Shown one piece after another: positions 36,732 through 46,956 of a stretch of DNA of 48,872 nucleotides. This stretch comes from a virus (lineage: Duplodnaviria; Caudoviricetes): positions 1-48,872 of IMG/VR virus record IMGVR_UViG_3300025282_000055; one strand, written 5' to 3'. A program made the translations under genes and the position numbers. The notes under the pieces are model-generated. The model was not told the DNA's origin. It saw only the letters and a program-made list of their open reading frames with translations, and made no database searches. The number at the start of each line of letters is the position of its first letter. Position 1 is the stretch's first letter.

Positions 36732-39128
36732 ATGATGGCAAAGAGAAAAGATAAGACAGCAGAAAAAGTCAAACAAATTTTTAATTCTGTTAATACTCAC
36801 AATAGAATACAGTGGGAATATATTAATCAGAAAGGTTATGACTTTGCTAATGACAATCAATTAACTGAAGCAGAAAGATCGTCTTTAGAACAACAAGGGA
36901 TGCCTACTTTTACAATAAATAGGATTACTCCTGTTGTAGAGATGCTTAATTTTTATGCTACTGCTAGTAATCCTAGATGGCAAGCAGTAGCAACAGAAGG
37001 AAGTGATTCAGATGTAGCTGCAGTATTTTCTGATATGGCTGATTATATATGGTATAATTCAGATGCTAATACATTATACGCTAATGCTATTAATGATTCT
37101 ATTACCAAATCTGTAGGCTATATGATGGTTTCGGTTGATCATGACCAAGATCATGGTATGGGAGAGGTTGTATTAAAACAACCAGAACCATTTGATTTGT
37201 TTGTAGATCCCAAGTCTAGAGACATGTTATTTAAAGATGCTTCTTATATTATGATAAGAAAAGTTCTTCCTAAGAAACATTTAATATCTATTTATCCTGA
37301 ATATAAAAATAAAATCAACAGTGCTAATGGCGATAATGAAAATATGTATGATTTATCTGAAAAGTCTTATGGTTCTGGATTAAAAGATTTTGGATACAAA
37401 GACATTCATTCATCTGAGGCTATTGATCCAGATAGTTCAGAACATGATGATTTAATTGAATGTTATGAAATGTATGAAAAAGAAAAGATTTCATATATGA
37501 ATGTATTTTATAGAGTCCCTCCTAATGAAGAGCAAATGGCTAAAGCAAAGAAACAAGTAGCTATTGAGATGCAAGCTTTGCAAGAGGAGTTGAGTGTTCA
37601 ATTATTAGAACAACAACAACAAATGGAGCAGGCTGTACAAGAAGGCAAAATGTTACCTGAAAGATTTGAACTAGAAATGAAAAAAGCTCAAGAGATGATG
37701 GAAAATCAATTAAAAAGTGCTGAAATGGAAATGACTAGTAGAATTGTAGAACAAAATTCTATTGTTACTAATCAAATAGTAACTAAAAAAGAATTTGAAA
37801 TTATGCAAGCAGATGAAGAGTTTCAAAAATATATTGTTGAAGCTGTAAGTTTTTATCAGTCAAAAATAAAGTATACTAAAGTTATAGGAGATAAAACTTT
37901 ATTTTCAACATATATGCCATCTAATATAACAGAATATCCTATAGTTCCATTTCACTTTAAATGGACGGGTACTCCATTTCCTATTAGCGCAGTTTCTCCT
38001 TTAATTGGTAAACAAAGAGAGTTAAACAAAGCACATCAAATTATGGTACATAATGCATCGTTAGGAAGTAGTTTAAGATATTTATATGAAGAAGGTGGAA
38101 TAGATACTGATTATTGGGAAAAATATTCTAGTTCACCTGGAGCATTATTGCCTATACGTCCTGGAGCTGCTACACCTACTCCAATACAACCAATGCCTTT
38201 ATCCAATGCTTTCTTTAGTATTGTTCAAGAAGGTAAAGGAGACATGGAGTATTTAGCTGGTATATATTCATCTATGATGGGTGATACGGGAAAACAATCT
38301 GATACTTACAGAGGCATGTTAGCTATGGATGAATATGGAACTAGACGTGTTAAGCAGTGGTTAAGAAATTCTATTGAACCTGGTTTAAAGCAATTGGGAT
38401 TAATTATTATGCAATATTCTCAATCTTTATATACAGCAGAGAAAGTATTTAGAGTAGTTCAACCCAATAATATAAAAGAAGATAGGGAGCAACAAATTAA
38501 TATACCAATTTATAATGACTATGGGGATGTTATAGGTAAATATAATGATTATGCAACAGCCAAGTTTGATATAAGAATTATATCTGGATCTACATTACCT
38601 GTTAATAGATGGGCTTATTTAGAAGAATTAAAACAATTATTAAATCTTGGTGTAGTTGATGATATAGCTGTTTTAGCAGAAACAGATATTAGGAATAAAG
38701 AAAGAATTGTTGAACGTAAATCTTTATATTCTCAATTACAAGGACAGATTTCCAATCAAGATGAAGAGATTAAAGATCTTACAGGTACTGTTGAAACACT
38801 AGAAAGACAACTAGTACAAGCAGGCATTAAAGGTAAAGTAATGCAGGCTGAAATGGAAATTACTAAAAAGAAAGAACAAGAAAAAGCTGCAGTTGTGGTT
38901 GAAGCAAATAAAGTTAAAGATGGAGTTAAGAATCAACAACAGTCATTAAAAAATGCTGTTGCTAATGAAGAAGCTAAACTTCAGTCTGGTATACAAAATA
39001 TAGTTAACCAAGCTCAACAAGCAGCTACTAAAACAAAAGATCGAGCAGATGCAGAGGCTAAAAATACTGTAGCTAATGCTATGCTTGAATCAAAATTAAT
39101 AAAAAACAATGTTGGGAATAATGAGTAA
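36732..39128 (+). CDS. Portal protein (P22-like)
   Basis: 'QLTEAE...QGMPTFTINRI', 'FVDP', 'YPIVPF', 'QRELNK', 'FDIRIISG', long C-terminal coiled coil; position after TerL. Confidence 0.9.
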   Translation: MMAKRKDKTAEKVKQIFNSVNTHNRIQWEYINQKGYDFANDNQLTEAERSSLEQQGMPTFTINRITPVVEMLNFYATASNPRWQAVATEGSDSDVAAVFSDMADYIWYNSDANTLYANAINDSITKSVGYMMVSVDHDQDHGMGEVVLKQPEPFDLFVDPKSRDMLFKDASYIMIRKVLPKKHLISIYPEYKNKINSANGDNENMYDLSEKSYGSGLKDFGYKDIHSSEAIDPDSSEHDDLIECYEMYEKEKISYMNVFYRVPPNEEQMAKAKKQVAIEMQALQEELSVQLLEQQQQMEQAVQEGKMLPERFELEMKKAQEMMENQLKSAEMEMTSRIVEQNSIVTNQIVTKKEFEIMQADEEFQKYIVEAVSFYQSKIKYTKVIGDKTLFSTYMPSNITEYPIVPFHFKWTGTPFPISAVSPLIGKQRELNKAHQIMVHNASLGSSLRYLYEEGGIDTDYWEKYSSSPGALLPIRPGAATPTPIQPMPLSNAFFSIVQEGKGDMEYLAGIYSSMMGDTGKQSDTYRGMLAMDEYGTRRVKQWLRNSIEPGLKQLGLIIMQYSQSLYTAEKVFRVVQPNNIKEDREQQINIPIYNDYGDVIGKYNDYATAKFDIRIISGSTLPVNRWAYLEELKQLLNLGVVDDIAVLAETDIRNKERIVERKSLYSQLQGQISNQDEEIKDLTGTVETLERQLVQAGIKGKVMQAEMEITKKKEQEKAAVVVEANKVKDGVKNQQQSLKNAVANEEAKLQSGIQNIVNQAQQAATKTKDRADAEAKNTVANAMLESKLIKNNVGNNE

Positions 39129-39141
39129 TATGTATTATATT
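39112..39141 (+). promoter_or_regulatory. Sigma70-like promoter TTGGGA-N18-TATATT
   Basis: Upstream of the scaffold-capsid genes. Confidence 0.4.
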
Positions 39142-39176
39142 TCTAACAAAAAAATCTTTTAAAAATAGGAGAACGA

Positions 39177-40025
39177 ATGAAAACAGAAGAAAGTAACTCA
39201 GAAAAGCATTATACTTCTGACTCTTCAGCTGATTTTTTTACAGCCATGGAAAGTGATGTAAATTCTATGGTATCAGAAGAAAACCAAACTCAACCAAATC
39301 TAGAGACAACCCCTCAGAAAAAAGCTAATAACAAAGTTAATGAAGGCTCTCAGCGAATAGATTGGAAAAAAAGGTACCAAGATTCGAGCAGAGAGGCCAA
39401 GAAAATGTATGGCCAAATGCAAGGACTGGCACCTTACGCCAATATCATCGAAGCGATGAAGAAAGATGGCGGACTTGTGGACCATGTTAGAGGATATCTT
39501 GAAGGAGGTGGGGGTAATAGTTCAATACAAAGTAAATTAGGACTTTCAGAAGAATATGAATTTGATGCCAATGAACTTGGTGATCCAAATTCAGATTCAT
39601 CTAAAGTTTTAAATGCTCATGTTGATCAATTAGTTCAATCTAGATTGCAACAGCATTCTAAAGTACAAGACGATAAGTTGAATAAACAGAAATTTGTACA
39701 GGCAAGACTTGTTGAAGAAAAGCATTTTAGAACAAACCATCCTAATATGACTGATGATGAGTACAAAAGTATGCTTGAAGAAGCAAACACACGTAGATTA
39801 TCATTAGAAGATATCCATTATATCATTAATAGAGATTCAGCCAATAACAAGGTAGCGATGAATGTTAAGAAAGATATGGTAGAGCAAATGAAAAATGCTC
39901 GGAACATTCCAGCAAGTACAAGCGGATTAAATTCTGCTCCTCATAATGTAAGTCATAACGATTCTGTTTTTGATGCATTAAAAGGAGTGGATGAGGAACT
40001 TGATAACTTGTTTGGCGATATATAA
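39177..40025 (+). CDS. Capsid scaffolding protein
   Basis: Between portal and MCP; acidic N-terminus, 'DWKKRYQDSSREA' helix. Confidence 0.75.
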   Translation: MKTEESNSEKHYTSDSSADFFTAMESDVNSMVSEENQTQPNLETTPQKKANNKVNEGSQRIDWKKRYQDSSREAKKMYGQMQGLAPYANIIEAMKKDGGLVDHVRGYLEGGGGNSSIQSKLGLSEEYEFDANELGDPNSDSSKVLNAHVDQLVQSRLQQHSKVQDDKLNKQKFVQARLVEEKHFRTNHPNMTDDEYKSMLEEANTRRLSLEDIHYIINRDSANNKVAMNVKKDMVEQMKNARNIPASTSGLNSAPHNVSHNDSVFDALKGVDEELDNLFGDI

Positions 40026-40057
40026 ATGGCCAGACTTAAACAGAAAGGAAAGTCAAA

Positions 40058-41611
40058 ATGGCTTTAAACGATTTTGTAGAGTTATCGGAATTAGGAGCGG
40101 GAACGGCTACCGATAGTGGTGGTATAATGAGTCAAGGCCCTGGAACGGCTGCGGCAAACCCTAATACAGGAGATCTGAGACGGAAGTTTAACTTCGGTGA
40201 CAGAGTGTCTGAACTAGCGATCCCTCAAGATCCTTTTTTCCGATTTATCTCAAAAGTAAGCAAAAAACCAACTGATGATCCCACTTTCAAATTTACTGAA
40301 AAAAGAGGATCATATCATAAGCGGTATGCTTATGTATCGGCTCATCAGGACAACGGTGGCGTAATTGCTACTGGTAGTTCTGCTGGTGATGCTGATTTAG
40401 TAGCATCTAATGATGGCGGAGCACCTGGAGCAATGGCTGTAGGTGATGATATCATTATTTGGATGGCAACTGATTATGAAGCAGAGGGTAATATCCAAAA
40501 TGTATACGGTCAATCAAATGGTGCTATTGCAGTAGGTGCAAGTGGAACTAGACCTAACTTCTTTTTACCTAATCAACTAGTTAAAATACCTATGTCTACT
40601 ACAGACGGTGGTGGCGCAGCTGTTGATTATTTAATAGTAAAAGTTGTTAGCGCAGATGATGATGACCAAGATAGTAGAGAATCTGTAAAACTAACTTGTA
40701 AGTTAGTTAGAGATTGTGTAAATACATCTGCAGTATATCTTGCAGGATGGGATGGTAGTGATGAGGTTGATACTCAAGTTTATGATGAAGTAATTCATTC
40801 TTCACTTGAAGGATCAAGATCTTATGTAGTAGGTACTGCACATGAAGAAGGATCTGGTTATCCTGAAACATGGAAAGATCAGCCTTATAGTACACAATAT
40901 GGATATACTCAAATATGGAAAACATCCATGGCTATGACAAATACTGCAAGAGCAACAGCTCTTAAGTATGAGGCAAATGAATGGGCTAGAGTTTGGAAGG
41001 AGAAGTTAATTGAACATAAATGGGATATTGAAACTTCTTTATTATTCGGTGCTCAACAAACTACAACAACACAAACAACACAAGGTGCTATAGATTATAT
41101 TGCTAATTTTGGTAATGTATTTAGTTTAGATATTGCAACTAAGACATCAGATGATTTCTTAGATGATATGTCTAATTATTTAGATCCAAGATATAATCAA
41201 GGTAGTGCTAGTGTATTTTTCTGTAATACAGCAGTGTATAACTGGTTACATAAATTAGGTGGTTATTTCAAGAACAATCTTGAAGTTTCTTCTAATTTCA
41301 GATCAGATCTTGCAATGACTGGTAAGAAAAAAGTGTTTGGTGTTGATATATCAACCTTCTCAACTCCATATGGTGACATGAACGTGGCTAGAAATATCCA
41401 CCTTGATGGAACTAATGTGAAATTGTTAGGTGTTGATATGAAACATTGTGCGTATCGTCCACTTGTGGGCAACGGTGTTAACAGAGATACTTCAGTTTAC
41501 GTGGGTGTACAAACCCTTGAAAACTCAGGTGTCGACCGTCGAGTTGACTTAATCTTAACAGAAGCTGGGATGGAATGGTCAATGCCTGAATCTCACGCTC
41601 TCTGGACTTAA
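40058..41611 (+). CDS. Major capsid protein (HK97 fold, SU10/DUF5309-like)
   Basis: 'DPTFKFTE', 'GTAHEEGSG', 'YTQIWKT', 'EHKWDIETSLLFG', 'TPYG', 'ILTEAG'. Confidence 0.85.
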   Translation: MALNDFVELSELGAGTATDSGGIMSQGPGTAAANPNTGDLRRKFNFGDRVSELAIPQDPFFRFISKVSKKPTDDPTFKFTEKRGSYHKRYAYVSAHQDNGGVIATGSSAGDADLVASNDGGAPGAMAVGDDIIIWMATDYEAEGNIQNVYGQSNGAIAVGASGTRPNFFLPNQLVKIPMSTTDGGGAAVDYLIVKVVSADDDDQDSRESVKLTCKLVRDCVNTSAVYLAGWDGSDEVDTQVYDEVIHSSLEGSRSYVVGTAHEEGSGYPETWKDQPYSTQYGYTQIWKTSMAMTNTARATALKYEANEWARVWKEKLIEHKWDIETSLLFGAQQTTTTQTTQGAIDYIANFGNVFSLDIATKTSDDFLDDMSNYLDPRYNQGSASVFFCNTAVYNWLHKLGGYFKNNLEVSSNFRSDLAMTGKKKVFGVDISTFSTPYGDMNVARNIHLDGTNVKLLGVDMKHCAYRPLVGNGVNRDTSVYVGVQTLENSGVDRRVDLILTEAGMEWSMPESHALWT

Positions 41612-41622
41612 GGAGGTTAATT

Positions 41623-42225
41623 ATGGCGAATCCTTTATATGGACAAAATAAAGCTGACGGTAATCTTGATAGTGTAACGGATAATTATTTAGATTATTTA
41701 GCTGGAAATCAAGCTAATCTAGCAACTGGTGCAACTGTTACTGATGCAGAAGCAGATGCTGACGCTGCTGGTTCTAGTGCAGCTACTATAGCTGCAACAA
41801 CACTTGTGCCTAATGCACTTAATTTTTTAGAGCATGATGGTGGAGCTGCTGGTTCAGTTTATCTTCCTCAAGCTGTGAAAAATACTCACATCTGTATGGA
41901 GATAACTGGTGATATAGACCAAACTGGTGCTTTAACTATCTTTACTAGAGGTGCTGTTAATGCTGGTACTGCTGTAGTGTTTGCTAAAGGTGTAGTTGGT
42001 GTTCCTAATGGAGCGACTGGTACATCTATTGAAACGCTAGGTACTGCCGCTGCGCCAACATCAATTAAGTTGATTTGGACTGCAGCTGCTGCTGATACCA
42101 ATCAGTGGGGACCTGGGACTACAATTCATTTTTATGCTGCTAAAGCAGATGAGTGGTTAGTAACAGTTTATCCTATATCTGAAGGTTCTGGAGCTACTGG
42201 TGCATTAACAACTTCTGCAAGTTAG
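41623..42225 (+). CDS. Capsid-associated/decoration protein
   Basis: Ala/Thr/Gly-rich, immediately after MCP; RBS AAGGAGG. Confidence 0.55.
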   Translation: MANPLYGQNKADGNLDSVTDNYLDYLAGNQANLATGATVTDAEADADAAGSSAATIAATTLVPNALNFLEHDGGAAGSVYLPQAVKNTHICMEITGDIDQTGALTIFTRGAVNAGTAVVFAKGVVGVPNGATGTSIETLGTAAAPTSIKLIWTAAAADTNQWGPGTTIHFYAAKADEWLVTVYPISEGSGATGALTTSAS

Positions 42226-42235
42226 GAGGCAGATA

Positions 42236-42673
42236 ATGGCTAAGTTAGGTTCAAGAGCTGGATGGAGTGGTAATTACTGTCATGATTTGACAGCAGCTAC
42301 CTCTTTGACTCCAGGTGATAGTGGGAAAGTGTTTTTTTTAAATTCTAGTTCAGAGTTTACAACAACACTTCCATCGGTTGCAGACGCAGGTGCGGGATTT
42401 CATTGTAAATTTATAGTGAAAGCCGCTCCTAGTGGTGCAGCTTATGTTGTGACAGAAAAAACTTCTGCTGATACTAATGTTATTATAACAAATGGCATTA
42501 ATGAGTTAGAAGTTGATACTAATGATGATGGACCTTACAATGCAGGTCATACAACAATTACTTTTGCTGATGGCGTTGCTGTCGCAGGTGATTGGATAGA
42601 ACTGCTATGTGATGGTACTAATTGGTATGCAACTGGTCAAACAAAAGCAGATGGTGGCATAACACTAGCATAA
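42236..42673 (+). CDS. Capsid-associated beta-rich protein
   Basis: 'LTPGDSGKVFFL...TTLPSVADAG...GDWIELLCDGTNWY'; RBS AGGAGG. Confidence 0.55.
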   Translation: MAKLGSRAGWSGNYCHDLTAATSLTPGDSGKVFFLNSSSEFTTTLPSVADAGAGFHCKFIVKAAPSGAAYVVTEKTSADTNVIITNGINELEVDTNDDGPYNAGHTTITFADGVAVAGDWIELLCDGTNWYATGQTKADGGITLA

Positions 42674-42685
42674 ATAAAATAAGTA

Positions 42686-42731
42686 GTTTCGCCCCCCGCT
42701 GGGATTCTTCTCTCCCCCTGGGGGGTGAAAC
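42686..42731 (+). terminator. GC-rich hairpin after the capsid genes (terminator/processing site)
   Basis: GTTTCGCCCCCC / GGGGGGTGAAAC 12-bp stem with one G-U; no poly-U on +. Confidence 0.5.
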
Positions 42732-42746
42732 GAAAAAGGAGTAAAT

Positions 42747-43520
42747 TTGAATGTAAGAGATAGAATAAGTTTGTTAGTTGAACATGAATCTACTGATGAT
42801 GAAATGTTACAATGGTTATCTGATGGAATAGGAGAAATATCACATAGATTAGTGCAAATTGATCCTAGAACTTCTGATAATTTTCAGTTTACAGATATGT
42901 CTGATAATTCTAAAGGTTTAACATTATATGGTGAAGTTACATCTATAGTTAGAGAAAATGGAACTAAGGGAGAATTTGAAGTGGCTACAAGAATCCCTTC
43001 TGCTGACAGATTTTTAGCAACAGATCAGACTAGTTTAAAATATAGATCTAAATATAATCCTGCATATTATATATTAAATAAATCAGATTCTTTAGAGTAC
43101 GATGGAGATGATCAGGTAAGTGGAGAATGGGCACAAAAAATATATGTAATTCCTAATCCTTCTAATTCTTCAACTTCTAATCAACGTGCATTTATAACAC
43201 AAATTTTTTATAAGCCAAGTGCTGAATTTCTTTCGGGGAGTTTAACGGGAGATACGGACTCAGTATTGGATTCTAAGTTAATACATATATTGTTGGGAGG
43301 CCAAGTATTATACGCATTCCCACAGAAGTGGGATTATGTAGCTATTTTATATATTGCTATTAAAATATTAGAGAAACAATTGGTATTTGCAGGTAGTGTT
43401 GATGAAGATGAAGAACTTGTTACAGTATTATCTAATACTAAATCTGAATATCAAGCACAATATGATAAATTTTTCACATTTTTTAGAGGTCCTCAACAAG
43501 GAGGTGGAGATGAAGGTTAA
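42747..43520 (+). CDS. Head-tail adaptor/ring-like protein
   Basis: TTG start with AGGAG; 'MLQWLSDG...IYVIPNP...FPQKWDYVAILY' adaptor-like pattern. Confidence 0.55.
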   Translation: MNVRDRISLLVEHESTDDEMLQWLSDGIGEISHRLVQIDPRTSDNFQFTDMSDNSKGLTLYGEVTSIVRENGTKGEFEVATRIPSADRFLATDQTSLKYRSKYNPAYYILNKSDSLEYDGDDQVSGEWAQKIYVIPNPSNSSTSNQRAFITQIFYKPSAEFLSGSLTGDTDSVLDSKLIHILLGGQVLYAFPQKWDYVAILYIAIKILEKQLVFAGSVDEDEELVTVLSNTKSEYQAQYDKFFTFFRGPQQGGGDEG

Positions 43521-43791
43521 AGAATTAATGGAAAGAATAGGTACTAATCAAACTGGTAGAGCTATTGCTTATATCAAAGACGGATTAGAAGAATTAAATA
43601 CTATTTCTGAAACTCATATTAATACCGAAAGAATTGATTTAACAGAAGATCAAAGATTCTATTCTTTACCTAATGATGTAATTAAAGTATTGCAAATAAG
43701 ATGTAAGAATCATTTAAATGATAAAGATGAGTATCGTGCAATTCCTAGATTGATTTATGAGCCTAGAGTTGTCGATGCAGATGGGACTTAA
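43510..43791 (+). CDS. Adaptor-like protein (N-terminal-type half)
   Basis: True start likely ATG 43510 (GGAGG); 'YIKDGLEEL...QRFYSLPND'. Confidence 0.5.
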   Translation: MKVKELMERIGTNQTGRAIAYIKDGLEELNTISETHINTERIDLTEDQRFYSLPNDVIKVLQIRCKNHLNDKDEYRAIPRLIYEPRVVDADGT

Positions 43792-43794
43792 AAT

Positions 43795-44508
43795 ATGGCA
43801 GTAAAAGAATACGGATATTATATTAAAGGCAATAAAGTTGCAATAGTAGAAAAAGATACTAGATTTGATAATGATACATCTTCAAAAGATTATGGGCCAG
43901 GTGCTAATATAGTTCAATGGAAATCTCCTTTATCAACAGTTGCTGATGGACTTGAGTTACAATATGTGTATAGTCCTGATTATTTTATAAACGAAACTGA
44001 TGATGTGGATCAGAACATTACACATTATAGAAGCAATGCAGGTTATTTAGAACTATCAGATCGTACATCAGCTTATACTAATTATGTCACTGCTTATAGT
44101 TTATCATATGGCAAAAGTGGTTCTTATATAGTCTTAAGAAATGCAGGCAGATTTAATGGATTACATCAAGTGCAGAATATTAACGATGAAGGAGCGGGTA
44201 CTAATAACGTATTGCAATTATATACCAAGTATAGTGGAAGCCAATCTTCATGGGTAGCCTTTGAAGAAACTCCTTCTGTATATTATAATGTAAGCGCTTT
44301 AGTAGATGAATCAAGTGTATTAGATTTACCTTCTTATTTATCAAAAGCTTTAGTGTATTATGTAAAAGCTAAGATGTTAGAAGATCAGATGAATATTGAA
44401 GGTAAAGAATATTTTATGAAAGAATTTAGAAAAATGGTAGAAAAGTACAATAATACGAGGATTTCTGGTTTAAGAATACAGGCTCCAGGACCTCATTCAA
44501 TTAAATAA
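43795..44508 (+). CDS. Adaptor-like protein (C-terminal-type half)
   Basis: 'LDLPSYLSKALVYYVKAK...YFMKEF' adaptor C-terminal pattern. Confidence 0.5.
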   Translation: MAVKEYGYYIKGNKVAIVEKDTRFDNDTSSKDYGPGANIVQWKSPLSTVADGLELQYVYSPDYFINETDDVDQNITHYRSNAGYLELSDRTSAYTNYVTAYSLSYGKSGSYIVLRNAGRFNGLHQVQNINDEGAGTNNVLQLYTKYSGSQSSWVAFEETPSVYYNVSALVDESSVLDLPSYLSKALVYYVKAKMLEDQMNIEGKEYFMKEFRKMVEKYNNTRISGLRIQAPGPHSIK

Positions 44509-44553
44509 ATAGACCCATTCACGCATAGTCAATGCTTAGGGTAGGAGGTTAAA

Positions 44554-44844
44554 ATGGCTGGTATATCAGGAGATAGAAAAAGTTTACATGTCTTTACAGT
44601 ACAAGAAGCTCAAAACGCTTCTTTAGGACAAGGCGGTGCAATATTTATAGATGATCAAGTAGAGCATACAGGTGTATTTGTTGCTGTAACAGCAATTACA
44701 GATGCTGCAGTAGATGTATCTGAATGTGATGTATCTTTTATAGAAGATATTGCAGATTTTACAATACCAAAGGGTGTTACAATATTTGGTAGATTTAAAT
44801 CAATAGAACTTGATTCTGGTTCAGTAATAGCTTATTACGGATAA
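44554..44844 (+). CDS. Small virion protein, paralog 1
   Basis: 'HVFTVQEAQN..LGQGG...PKGVTIFGRF...IAYYG'; RBS AGGAGG. Confidence 0.6.
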   Translation: MAGISGDRKSLHVFTVQEAQNASLGQGGAIFIDDQVEHTGVFVAVTAITDAAVDVSECDVSFIEDIADFTIPKGVTIFGRFKSIELDSGSVIAYYG

Positions 44845-44845
44845 T

Positions 44846-45559
44846 ATGCCGAATTTGGGATTAAGAAATAAATTAATTTCTGCTTCTATACTAACAGGTG
44901 GTTTTTGGGTTGCTTTTGATGGAACTGAAGATACAATAGATTTTTCTACAAGTTTTAATAATATTTTTGATGCTTCTGATTACTCAATGTCTGCTTGGAT
45001 ATATCCAACTGATAACAATGGAACGATATTTTCTACTGGTCATATATCTTTAGGTAATACAGTTTATCTAAGATTTAACTATCATACCAATACAAAGATA
45101 AGAGTAACTTTTGATGGAAATGCTATTAGTAGTGATGCAGATATTCTAACAACAAATTCGTGGCAACAAGTTGGGTTTTCGTATGACCATGGTGCTAGTC
45201 CATCAGTTAGACTTTACGTAAACGGCAGTGAAGTTAAAAATGGAAGTTTTACATCGTCAGCTGTTGACGATACTAATGCTAGAATAGGTGCCCTTGCAGA
45301 AAGTGTAAGTAGTTCAGGATTTGAAAGCAGAATAGCTAATGTAGCTATGTTTGATGATGTAGTTTCAGCTAGTGAAATGCAAGACTTGGCTAGTGTTCAT
45401 TCTTATGATGCAACAAGTATAGGCAATTGTGTAGGATGGTGGAGAATGGGAGCAGGAACTGAAGCTGGTGAAGGAAGCACTATATATGATATGTCAACAA
45501 ATAGTAACAATGGAACATTAACAGATAATGCTGTTATTGAATCAGGAACATCTATATGA
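44846..45559 (+). CDS. LamG/concanavalin A-like virion protein
   Basis: 'FDGTED...SMSAWIYP...WQQVGFSYD...LYVNG...GWWRM...DMSTNSNNGT'. Confidence 0.8.
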   Translation: MPNLGLRNKLISASILTGGFWVAFDGTEDTIDFSTSFNNIFDASDYSMSAWIYPTDNNGTIFSTGHISLGNTVYLRFNYHTNTKIRVTFDGNAISSDADILTTNSWQQVGFSYDHGASPSVRLYVNGSEVKNGSFTSSAVDDTNARIGALAESVSSSGFESRIANVAMFDDVVSASEMQDLASVHSYDATSIGNCVGWWRMGAGTEAGEGSTIYDMSTNSNNGTLTDNAVIESGTSI

Positions 45560-45596
45560 AAAAACTAATAAAAATAAATAAAAGGGAGAAATAATT

Positions 45597-45941
45597 ATGG
45601 CAGTTCAGAAAGGTGGAATACAGCATTTTTCAGTACAAGAAGCTCATAACATTAATTTAGGTCAAGGTGGCTCAGTATTTTTAGATACTGATGGCACAAC
45701 ATTTACTCCAGCTACTGGAGTTGTAATAGCTATTAGCATGTTAACTGATGTTAGATTTGATGTATTGACACCTGAAGATGGAACTAAAATGTTTGGAATA
45801 GGTGTAAGTGGATGGGAGAGTAAAGGTGATACTCTTGGTGATACTGATACTTTTCCAGAAGGAATAACTATTTTTGGCAGATGGACATCAGTTTCAGTGA
45901 TGACTAGTAATCAACTATGTATTTGCTATATGGGTAGTTAG
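45597..45941 (+). CDS. Small virion protein, paralog 2
   Basis: 'HFSVQEAHN..LGQGG...PEGITIFGRW...ICYMG'. Confidence 0.6.
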   Translation: MAVQKGGIQHFSVQEAHNINLGQGGSVFLDTDGTTFTPATGVVIAISMLTDVRFDVLTPEDGTKMFGIGVSGWESKGDTLGDTDTFPEGITIFGRWTSVSVMTSNQLCICYMGS

Positions 45942-46952
45942 ATGGCAGAAGGATTGCATAAGTATACTCCGCAAGAGGCAGTTAATATTTCTACTGGACA
46001 AGTTGGATCTGCTTACTTAGATACAGGATTTGTAGATACGGATGGAGTTGAAACTGGAACTACTTTTACACCTGAAAATGGCGTGATAGTTTGTATACAG
46101 AATATAGGGTATAGATCATCATTGATGAGTTTAGTAGCTGAAGATTCAAGTAAATTCTTTGGAAGTACTACTGATGGATTGAATGATAAATTAACTGATG
46201 CTCAAAAAGCATTTTTTGAAGATTCGCTTTCTTCAGATAATTTTGAATTTGATTTTCATTCAGATTCGGTAGATAATTTAGTACATGCTAATGGTTGGAC
46301 AGCTGTAGATGCAACATTTACGACTACTGGAGATGGAGAAGCTGTAATAACAAATACTGAAAATGCTAAGGGTTATGTATCTATGCCATTTAAAACAGTT
46401 GTTGGAGAAGAGTATTTTTGTGAATTGGCAACATCAAATTTCGGAAAGACAGGTAAAGGTATCGGGACAATAAATATGAATGCTGTAGGGGTTTTTAACT
46501 ACGCCAGAGAGGTTGGAAAATGGGATTTGATAGGCGGACTTCAGGAGGATAATGATGATGATCTCTCTTTCGGTACAGCTATTGGTCAAACTCAATCTCG
46601 TGATGGTTATGTTAGACGTACTTATCCTGCAATGACAGCTACTGCGACTACTTCGTATATTATATTTGGTCTTGGTACCACCCATCAAAATGGAACATGC
46701 ACTATAGATAATTTAACTATTAGAAAAGCGAAAACTGGTTGGGAGAAAAAAGGGGATATATTTAGAAGAGAAACCAATATAATGCCTGATGAGCATCATG
46801 CAAATACTTCAATCAGGTACCTTAGACAGGGAGTTAATTTAAAAAGAGGTCAAAAAATATTCGGAAGATGGAAATCAGCACAGGTTTATACAAATATTGA
46901 TGACGATGCAGGAGTCACGACGAGTAGTAAAATAATTTGTTACATAGGATGA
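45942..46952 (+). CDS. Virion protein, paralog 3, with a large internal insertion
   Basis: 'HKYTPQEAVN..TGQVG...TFTPENGV...GQKIFGRW...ICYIG' with an inserted beta-rich region. Confidence 0.6.
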   Translation: MAEGLHKYTPQEAVNISTGQVGSAYLDTGFVDTDGVETGTTFTPENGVIVCIQNIGYRSSLMSLVAEDSSKFFGSTTDGLNDKLTDAQKAFFEDSLSSDNFEFDFHSDSVDNLVHANGWTAVDATFTTTGDGEAVITNTENAKGYVSMPFKTVVGEEYFCELATSNFGKTGKGIGTINMNAVGVFNYAREVGKWDLIGGLQEDNDDDLSFGTAIGQTQSRDGYVRRTYPAMTATATTSYIIFGLGTTHQNGTCTIDNLTIRKAKTGWEKKGDIFRRETNIMPDEHHANTSIRYLRQGVNLKRGQKIFGRWKSAQVYTNIDDDAGVTTSSKIICYIG

Positions 46953-46956
46953 TAAT

